Shown here: positions 18,496 to 24,027 of the stretch, piece after piece
How positions within the stretch are numbered: position 1 is the first letter of the stretch
Layout: each line of letters starts with the position of its first letter
IMG/VR virus record: IMGVR_UViG_3300027785_002600
Coordinates: 1 to 24,027 of that record
Length of the DNA stretch: 24,027 bases
Direction: 5' to 3' (one strand)
From: a virus
Taxonomy: Duplodnaviria; Caudoviricetes
The notes under the pieces: model-generated
Told to the model about the DNA's origin: nothing
What the model saw: the letters and a program-made list of their open reading frames with translations, nothing else
Databases searched by the model: none
Program-made: the position numbers and the translations under genes

Positions 18496-19258
18496 TTATT
18501 TGGGGCAACTTGGAAGATTTGGAAATCAAATGTTTCAATATGCATCCCTTAAGGGGATTGCTAGGAACCGTGGTATAAACTATTGTATTCCAAATAATTT
18601 AGATTCTATAGAATTATTTCGATCTTTTAAATTAGAAACCTTAAGATCTGAAAATATAGGTCTCTTGGATAATGGATATGCACCAGTTGCAGAAGAAAAA
18701 TGTTTTCATTTTGATGAGATATTTTTCAATATGTGCCCCGATGAAATTAGTATTTTTGGATTTTTTCAATCTGAAAAATATTTCAAGCACATTGAAAATG
18801 AAATTCGTGTAGACTTTTCATTTAAAGATGAAATTCTAGAACCTTGCAAAGAAATGATTGATTCGGTTGGTCAAGCAATATCTCTTCATGTTCGCAGAAC
18901 TGATTATTTGCATGATACAAATCACACAGTTTTAGATTTGGATTATTATATTCGAGCACTTTCTATGTTCGATAGTAATTTACCAGTTATTGTATTTTCG
19001 GATGATCCTGAATGGTGTAAAGAGCAAGAATTATTTTGTGATGATAGGTTTATGATTTCTGAATCTGAAAATAATTATATTGATATGTGTTTAATGAGTC
19101 TATGTGATAATCACATTATTGCAAATTCATCTTTTAGTTGGTGGGGTGCTTGGTTATCCAAATCTGATAATGTTATTGCCCCAGTTAAATGGTTTGGTAA
19201 GGGAAATATATATAAAGAAACGAAAGATTTAATTCCTAATAGATGGAGAAAAATTTAA
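18482..19258 (+). CDS. Glycosyltransferase family 11, second copy
   Basis: GRFGNQMFQYA, GFFQSEKYF, HVRRTDY, FSDDPEWCK, ANSSFSWWGAWL. Confidence 0.92.
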   Translation: MLAFNYLGQLGRFGNQMFQYASLKGIARNRGINYCIPNNLDSIELFRSFKLETLRSENIGLLDNGYAPVAEEKCFHFDEIFFNMCPDEISIFGFFQSEKYFKHIENEIRVDFSFKDEILEPCKEMIDSVGQAISLHVRRTDYLHDTNHTVLDLDYYIRALSMFDSNLPVIVFSDDPEWCKEQELFCDDRFMISESENNYIDMCLMSLCDNHIIANSSFSWWGAWLSKSDNVIAPVKWFGKGNIYKETKDLIPNRWRKI

Positions 19259-20157
19259 TGACAAAATCATTAGTAACTGGCGGAGCAGGATTTATTGGTT
19301 CCAATCTTGTTGATCGTCTTCTAAACCTGGGACATGAAGTTGTTGTAATTGATAATGAATATTCCGATGTTCATGAACAGTTTTATTGGAATGATAAAGC
19401 AGACAATCATGTATTAGATATTCGTGATTATAAAAACACTCGTCCTCTTTATAATGGGGTGGATTGTGTGTTTCATCTTGCAGCAGAAGCAAGAATACAA
19501 CCTGCAATTGAAAATCCAATAGAAGCGGTTAGTATTAATTCTGTTGGAACTTGCACAGTTCTTCAATGTGCAAGAGAAGCGGGAGTAAAAAGAGTCATGT
19601 ATTCTTCCACTTCATCTGCTTACGGAATGAATGTTCCTCCAAATATTGAAACTCAACTAGATGATTGTTTAAATCCATATTCAGTATCAAAGGTAAATGG
19701 TGAAAAACTATGTAAGATGTATACTGATCTTTATGGACTTAATACTATTATTTTTAGATATTTTAATATTTATGGGGAACGTCAACCATTAAGAGGTCAG
19801 TACGCCCCAGCAATTGGAATTTTTCTTCGCCAAAGAGCAGCAGGGGAAAAATTAACAATTGTTGGAGATGGAAATCAAAGTAGAGATTTTACTTATGTTG
19901 GTGATGTTTGTCGTGCAAACATTCTTGCCGCTACAACAGAAGTTGATAATGAAGCATTCGGTCAGGTTTATAATGTTGGAACAGGAAATAACTATTCTAT
20001 TAATCAAATTACTAGAATGATTTCTAATAATGTTGTAAATATTGCTCCTCGTCCCGGTGAAGCAAGAGTGAGTCTTGCAAATAATCAAAAACTTCGTAAA
20101 ACTTTTGGTTGGGAACCAACTATGAAACTTGAAGATTGGATTAATGGACAAAAATAA
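19258..20157 (+). CDS. NAD-dependent nucleotide-sugar epimerase/dehydratase (extended SDR, GalE/WbpP-like)
   Basis: LVTGGAGFIGS, HLAA, SSTSSAYG, PYSVSK, RYFNIYG, GDGNQSRDF; TAATG-coupled start at 19258. Confidence 0.92.
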   Translation: MTKSLVTGGAGFIGSNLVDRLLNLGHEVVVIDNEYSDVHEQFYWNDKADNHVLDIRDYKNTRPLYNGVDCVFHLAAEARIQPAIENPIEAVSINSVGTCTVLQCAREAGVKRVMYSSTSSAYGMNVPPNIETQLDDCLNPYSVSKVNGEKLCKMYTDLYGLNTIIFRYFNIYGERQPLRGQYAPAIGIFLRQRAAGEKLTIVGDGNQSRDFTYVGDVCRANILAATTEVDNEAFGQVYNVGTGNNYSINQITRMISNNVVNIAPRPGEARVSLANNQKLRKTFGWEPTMKLEDWINGQK

Positions 20158-20935
20158 AGCGGCATATAAACTTAAGAATATTGCTCCTGTATATTATCTA
20201 AATCTCGATGGACAACCAGAAAGGCGACAATATATGGAAGAGCAGTTTAAGTACTGGGAGATAGAAAATTACACTCGTATCTCTGCCTATGATGGAAGAG
20301 AAGATGATCTGAGTGATATTATCAAAGGACGCTATCCTGATAATATGACAACCGGTGAGATTGGATGTACTACTTCACACCTTAAAGCACTTCGGCACTG
20401 GATAGAAACCTCTGACAGTCCTTATGCTATTATTATGGAAGATGATGTAGATTTACAACTCGTCAGATTTTGGGACTTCACCTGGTCTGATTTTGCCTCA
20501 AAGGTTCCTTATGATTATGATGTAATTCAACTTGCGATTATATGTACCGGAGATTTACATGTAAAACTTCATAAGAGATTTGTAAATGATTTTTCGACTG
20601 CCGCTTATATGATTACTCGCCATCATGCCGAAAAACTTTTGAAGCATCATGTGCGTGATGATAAGTATAAGTTGGATAATGGAGTTAAACCCAGAGCGGT
20701 TGCCGATGATTTAATTTATAACTCCGGTAATACCTTTTCAATTCCATTGTTCCTTTATAAGATTGAATTAGGTTCTTCTATACATCCAGAACACATTGAT
20801 GTCTTTCATCGCCAAAGTCATGATGGTCTTCTTAAATTTTGGGAGGTGCAGGGGTGTGATTTAAAAATTGATGATATAATGAATTATGATCCATATCTGG
20901 GAAGAATAACGGAACCCTCTCCAAGACCTTCTTAA
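20144..20935 (+). CDS. Glycosyltransferase family 25; probable right boundary gene of the island
   Basis: YYLNLD..PERR, RISAYDG, GEIGCTTSH, IMEDD, STAAY; ATG 20144 preferred over TTG 20129. Confidence 0.88.
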   Translation: MDKNKAAYKLKNIAPVYYLNLDGQPERRQYMEEQFKYWEIENYTRISAYDGREDDLSDIIKGRYPDNMTTGEIGCTTSHLKALRHWIETSDSPYAIIMEDDVDLQLVRFWDFTWSDFASKVPYDYDVIQLAIICTGDLHVKLHKRFVNDFSTAAYMITRHHAEKLLKHHVRDDKYKLDNGVKPRAVADDLIYNSGNTFSIPLFLYKIELGSSIHPEHIDVFHRQSHDGLLKFWEVQGCDLKIDDIMNYDPYLGRITEPSPRPS

Positions 20936-20943
20936 CCAAGCAA

Positions 20944-20977
20944 TTGACATCATATCCAAATTATGATATGATAAATA
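20944..20977 (+). promoter_or_regulatory. sigma70-type promoter TTGACA-N17-TATGAT with TG extension, overlapping late-type GATAAATA (20970-20977)
   Basis: TTGACA 20944-20949, TG 20964-20965, TATGAT 20967-20972. Confidence 0.85.
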
Positions 20978-21029
20978 GGTTCTTGAGGTTCCTGAAAAAT
21001 CTCTATTAACATTTCACAATAAAAAATTT

Positions 21030-21911
21030 ATGTTTATTCGTTCTTTAATTGCTAGCACTGTTGCTCTGACTGCGGTTGCTCCTGCATTTGCTGCTCCTGC
21101 CTTATCAGATGTACAACCAACTGACTGGGCATATGGAGCAATCCAAAACCTCAATGCTCGTTATGGATGCCTTGTTGGTTATCCTAATGGCACCCTGAAG
21201 CCTGCTGCTGATGCTACTCGTAGTGAAGTATTTGCTCTGACAAATCACTGCCTTGATAACATCACTCAATTTTACACACAAGCAGACGCACAACTTGCTG
21301 CATCTCTTCGTGCCCAGATTGGAGCTACCAATAAGCGTGTAACCACTTTAGAAGTTGCTGCTGTAACTGCGACACAACGTCGTCAGTTAGGTGTTGGTAA
21401 CTATGGTGGTATTGCCTTTTCTGGTAATGCTGCTAACTATCCAGGTGTAACACCATTGGATAATCGTGTATATGAGTCAGGTGTAACACTTCAAGGTCGT
21501 TTAAGGGCAGTAGAACTGGGTAATCAGTATGCTGTTTCTGCTCGCCCTTATGTAACCTTTACTTCCACTCCTAACTATGTAAGTGGTGGTGTATTCGGTG
21601 GTGGTCTTGCTACTCTGGATATTCCTCTCTCACGTAGGACTCTTGCCGATGGAACTAAAGTGTCTGCTGCTAACCTCTACGTTGGTGCTGGCGGTCAGGT
21701 GGGTGGCAATCAGAGTGCTGGTGTCGGTGTAGTTGGTGCTGAAGTATCAGTAGCAAAGAACATTGTTCTATTTGCTGATGCCAAAATCCCCTTTGCCGAA
21801 ACTGGTGCAGAAACCTTTGGTTCTGTAAGGGCTGGTCGTGCCACTTATAACTACGGCAGTGGTCAAGGTTACAATGTAACGGGAACTGTTGGTGTAGGCA
21901 TCAAGTTCTAA
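21030..21911 (+). CDS. SLH-domain outer-membrane beta-barrel protein (cyanobacterial porin-like N-terminus, short barrel)
   Basis: Signal peptide ending AFA; SDVQPTDWAY...YGCLVGYPNGT...TRSE; coiled coil; amphipathic strands; C-terminal VGVGIKF. Confidence 0.85.
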   Translation: MFIRSLIASTVALTAVAPAFAAPALSDVQPTDWAYGAIQNLNARYGCLVGYPNGTLKPAADATRSEVFALTNHCLDNITQFYTQADAQLAASLRAQIGATNKRVTTLEVAAVTATQRRQLGVGNYGGIAFSGNAANYPGVTPLDNRVYESGVTLQGRLRAVELGNQYAVSARPYVTFTSTPNYVSGGVFGGGLATLDIPLSRRTLADGTKVSAANLYVGAGGQVGGNQSAGVGVVGAEVSVAKNIVLFADAKIPFAETGAETFGSVRAGRATYNYGSGQGYNVTGTVGVGIKF

Positions 21912-21918
21912 TTTTGGT

Positions 21919-22128
21919 ATGACAGTTACAACCGAAGACGGCAACAGACAAAATCTGTTTGCTGTCGAACCTAAAATGTACATTACGGAGAAAGACATGG
22001 AAGAACACGAACAAGAAACTTATGCTCAACGCGCAGAAAAATTAAATGGAAAATTGGCTATGCTGGGATTTTTAGCAGCAGTAGTCTCCTATTTGGTGAC
22101 TGGAAAACTCTTTTTTGGAGTATTCTGA
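21919..22128 (+). CDS. hli: High-light inducible protein (HLIP)
   Basis: TTEDGNRQNLFAVEP, AEKLNGKLAMLGF, single TM helix, TGKLFFGVF. Confidence 0.92.
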   Translation: MTVTTEDGNRQNLFAVEPKMYITEKDMEEHEQETYAQRAEKLNGKLAMLGFLAAVVSYLVTGKLFFGVF

Positions 22129-22154
22129 AACCCTAACCCAATTATCCTATACAA

Positions 22155-22196
22155 AAAGACTCTGTTCTATATAAGAATGGAGTCTTTCCTCTTTTT
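22155..22196 (+). terminator. 14-bp stem-loop (AAAGACTCTGTTCT-ATATA-AGAATGGAGTCTTT) followed by a pyrimidine/T tract; late-like TCTATATA across the loop
   Basis: Arms 22155-22168 and 22174-22187 with two G-U pairs; downstream of hli. Confidence 0.7.
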
Positions 22197-22361
22197 ATGC
22201 CAAAAAATCAATTGACCAAAGACGAACTTAAGTGCTGGGTATTAAAATTAAAACAAAGTTTATACGAAGAAAAAATAACCCAGTATTCATCAGACCCCAA
22301 AACATTAGCAAATGTATATTTAGATAAAGTTCTAGAAAAAATCAACGAATTCAGATACTAA
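22197..22361 (+). CDS. 54-aa cyanophage-type hypothetical protein (MPKNQLTKDELKCWVLKLK...YLDKVLEKINEFRY), missing from the ORF track
   Basis: Hand translation, ATG 22197 to TAA 22361; amphipathic helices; late-like motif 23 nt upstream. Confidence 0.75.
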   Translation: MPKNQLTKDELKCWVLKLKQSLYEEKITQYSSDPKTLANVYLDKVLEKINEFRY

Positions 22362-22364
22362 ATA
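22357..22364 (+). promoter_or_regulatory. T4-like late promoter ACTAAATA
   Basis: Overlaps the stop of the 22197 ORF; upstream of the relic at 22450. Confidence 0.55.
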
Positions 22365-22449
22365 TGTACTACACAGAAACTTTATTATTTTTTTGTGTGA
22401 GTATTTGCCTTATAGTTATAAAAATTGGTTACTTTAACGGAGACAAAAA

Positions 22450-22599
22450 ATGAAAATTGACTTATATAAATTCTTTTAGTATAACCTTATCAACCAAGAG
22501 GAACAAACAAAGGACCTGAATCTCCAACAGACCGTTAAAACATATAACGATATTGTAATAAGATGTTATAAAGTTATGTATCAATATATTATCGAGTAA
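22450..22599 (+). pseudogene. Gene relic MKIDLYKFF-TAG followed by an in-frame open run to TAA 22599
   Basis: GGAG at 22439-22442, 7 nt before ATG; upstream late motif; stop at codon 10. Confidence 0.5.
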
Positions 22600-22930
22600 C
22601 TGATTTCTTAACTAATGTGGTTCCTTCCACAACTCTTGTTGTGGTTTGGGTCGGACTTTTTATTAATACATCATAAAAATATTTTCCAGGTTTAATTGCG
22701 GCACTCACAGTTGCCGCAATTGAAATATTAACTTTACCTGTCGTTCTATCATTTCCAAATCCAACAACAAAATCTACAGTTTTAGATGATGACTCATATC
22801 TTTTCAGTTGGGCACATCCATAATATCCGGTTAGATTTAAAGGTAAATCTGTTAAATCATCTTCTAAAACAAAAGTTTGTTCAAAATCTGTTCCGGTATG
22901 AATGACAAGATTGGATGTATATACTGTCAT
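22589..22930 (-). CDS. Small beta-rich putative virion structural protein (cyanomyovirus family, BppU-N-like)
   Basis: NLVIHTGTDF, LNLTGY, GKV.IS, IKPGKYFYDVL, RVVEG; late motif upstream. Confidence 0.75.
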   Translation of the reverse strand: MTVYTSNLVIHTGTDFEQTFVLEDDLTDLPLNLTGYYGCAQLKRYESSSKTVDFVVGFGNDRTTGKVNISIAATVSAAIKPGKYFYDVLIKSPTQTTTRVVEGTTLVKKSVTR

Positions 22931-22943
22931 TTATGTTTTTAAT

Positions 22944-22951
22944 TATTTAGT
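22944..22951 (-). promoter_or_regulatory. T4-like late promoter ACTAAATA
   Basis: 13 nt upstream of ATG 22930. Confidence 0.7.
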
Positions 22952-22952
22952 T

Positions 22953-23295
22953 TTAAAAACATCCAGTTGAAATACCTGCTCTGACCAGAACATTACCTTC
23001 AACACCAATAGTTTTTGAAGCATTTGGTCTCACTAATAAGACATCATAAACATATCTTCCTGGTTTAATTGTTGTAGTGACCGTGCTTGCCATAGATATT
23101 CTTATTTTTCCATTTGGACGGTCTATAAAAGAGACTCCAAATCCAACATGGGAAAAACTTTCTGGGGATTTTCTCATAAAACAACTTGCACCAAAACCTG
23201 TAAGATTTACTGGTAATCCACTAGTTTGTTAGTTCAAAATTCTCAATAAAATCGGCACTAGTATTGATAACAAGATTTCTTACATATACTGACAT
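22953..23295 (-). pseudogene. Frameshifted paralog of the 22589 structural protein
   Basis: ATG 23295 gives MSVYVRNLVINTSADFIENFEL, then TN-TAG; shifted frame continues QTSGLPVNLTGFGASCFMRKSPES...IKPGRYVYDVLL; 343 nt = 3n+1. Confidence 0.85.
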
Positions 23296-23319
23296 TTAAG
23301 TGATAAGACTTTATGAAGT

Positions 23320-23327
23320 TATTTATC
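23320..23327 (-). promoter_or_regulatory. T4-like late promoter GATAAATA
   Basis: 24 nt upstream of ATG 23295. Confidence 0.65.
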
Positions 23328-23335
23328 AATACCCC

Positions 23336-23364
23336 TTGACATTTATTCAAAATCTCTATAGAAT
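23336..23364 (+). promoter_or_regulatory. sigma70-type promoter TTGACA-N17-TAGAAT, antisense to the GIY-YIG gene
   Basis: TTGACA 23336-23341, TAGAAT 23359-23364. Confidence 0.7.
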
Positions 23365-23393
23365 AGGTTTGTTGCTTTTGAAGACAAGTTATA

Positions 23394-23819
23394 TCAATAA
23401 TACTCAGAGCTCTTAAGGACCAAACCGTAGATTCTTTCAGACTCACTCATATAAAAAGTTCCGCCAATATTTGTATTGTAATAATCATTACTGAATAAAA
23501 CATTACGATTAAACTGTTCATAAGTTTCATAATAACTCATAGATTTCTTATGGGGACAAAGATATAATATTTCTCTTAAGAACTTATCTGGACCTAATAA
23601 CTTAACATCTTCTTTGAGTTCATCACAAGATCCAAAATAATTCATCCAATCACTTTTTTGAGTTTTTCTTCTACCAGTCTTTCTGTCCTTTTGTCTTGTC
23701 CAGAAATGTTTTTTACCAATATATTTTTTATTATTTGTTAAATTTGTAATAATATAAACAAAGCCTTCCATCTTATTTGGAATTTCTATAAAATCTTCTC
23801 CGTTATATTTCCAGGACAT
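23394..23819 (-). CDS. Stand-alone GIY-YIG endonuclease-domain protein (T4 EndoII/Seg-like fold)
   Basis: GFVYIITN...KKYIGKK, YFGS, F.REIL, YYE, YYNTNIGG; 141 aa. Confidence 0.85.
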   Translation of the reverse strand: MSWKYNGEDFIEIPNKMEGFVYIITNLTNNKKYIGKKHFWTRQKDRKTGRRKTQKSDWMNYFGSCDELKEDVKLLGPDKFLREILYLCPHKKSMSYYETYEQFNRNVLFSNDYYNTNIGGTFYMSESERIYGLVLKSSEYY

Positions 23820-23838
23820 TTTAAAATTTTATATAATT

Positions 23839-23846
23839 TATTTAGA
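23839..23846 (-). promoter_or_regulatory. T4-like late promoter TCTAAATA
   Basis: 19 nt upstream of ATG 23819. Confidence 0.65.
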
Positions 23847-23870
23847 TCTCCTTTCACAAAATCTAAAACC

Positions 23871-23879
23871 TGCTATAAT
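23871..23879 (+). promoter_or_regulatory. Extended -10 promoter TGcTATAAT
   Basis: 22 nt upstream of ATG 23902; weak -35 (TTTCAC/TTCACA) upstream. Confidence 0.6.
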
Positions 23880-23901
23880 AGAAGAGACCAAAATTCACAC
23901 T

Positions 23902-24027
23902 ATGACGACTTTAGAACAAACCTTAAGAACCTCTCATGACTGGGCAGTGAATCGTATAAATATTTTGAATAAAAAAAATAATAATGCAGATGCAGAAGCA
24001 ATTCGTTCAGAATTTAATGAATGGATG
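23902..24027 (+). CDS. Cyanophage-type hypothetical protein, cut by window edge (MTTLEQTLRTSHDWAVNRI...SEFNEWM)
   Basis: 42 open codons to the window end; promoter upstream. Confidence 0.7.
   Translation, partial: MTTLEQTLRTSHDWAVNRINILNKKNNNADAEAIRSEFNEWM

Noticed and set aside
299-20935. Bacterial O-antigen or capsule locus
   Set aside because: No export or priming genes, and the flanks look like cyanomyovirus genes with late motifs
477-21998. Short alternative-frame or antisense ORFs in the track (e.g. 477-704, 2794-3039, 3819-4058, 6926-7291, 7654-7854, 14011-14265, 14927-15286, 16626-16940, 19852-20151, 21768-21998)
   Set aside because: They overlap well-supported genes and have no motifs; shadow ORFs
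22367-22403. Imperfect hairpin TACTACACAGAAA...TTTTTGTGTGAGTA
   Set aside because: Bulged and AT-rich; too weak to call a terminator or ncRNA without folding data
22477-22479. TAG stop-codon recoding (no intact gene here ends in TAG; in-frame TAG in the relic)
   Set aside because: Long ORFs are uninterrupted under the standard code; TAG is simply rare in AT-rich phages
23258-23446. 62-aa minus-strand ORF
   Set aside because: Overlaps the GIY-YIG end, two promoters and the true start of the frameshifted gene in another frame
23394-23819. Mobile homing endonuclease or intron
   Set aside because: Catalytic domain only, no interrupted host gene, no intron structure seen
1-24027. CRISPR arrays, tRNA/rRNA genes, IS elements, integrase
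   Set aside because: No periodic repeats, cloverleaf motifs, transposase or recombinase seen

Overview
AT-rich segment that most likely comes from a T4-like cyanophage (myovirus of Synechococcus/Cyanobium-type hosts). The phage call rests on an hli gene, an SLH-domain outer-membrane protein, paired small virion-type proteins, a GIY-YIG protein, late-promoter-like TAAATA/TATATA motifs and short cyanophage-type hypotheticals. About 20.6 kb (299-20935) is a densely packed, almost entirely + strand glycan island. It holds Gmd, an Fcl/ColC-like reductase and a His-type (ColD-like) PLP dehydratase, which together make a candidate GDP-colitose route. It also holds a tandem nucleotidyltransferase/GT61/class II aldolase/HAD/GDPD-like module, GT2, GT7C-like, GT10, two GT11, GT25 and Fringe/GT31-like glycosyltransferases, three methyltransferases, a PhyH dioxygenase and an SDR epimerase. 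No flippase, polymerase, ligase or priming transferase is visible. The island carries rearrangement scars: a duplicated GT10 5' end fused through 12 shared bases to an inverted, truncated paralog, and an internally deleted gene with a probable micro-inversion. Diverged paralog pairs bracket sub-modules. The right end has a dual-promoter SLH-porin/hli unit, a hairpin with a late-type motif in its loop, a gene relic, a frameshifted structural paralog and a strong sigma70 promoter antisense to the GIY-YIG gene. All family calls come from motif recognition by eye; no searches were run.
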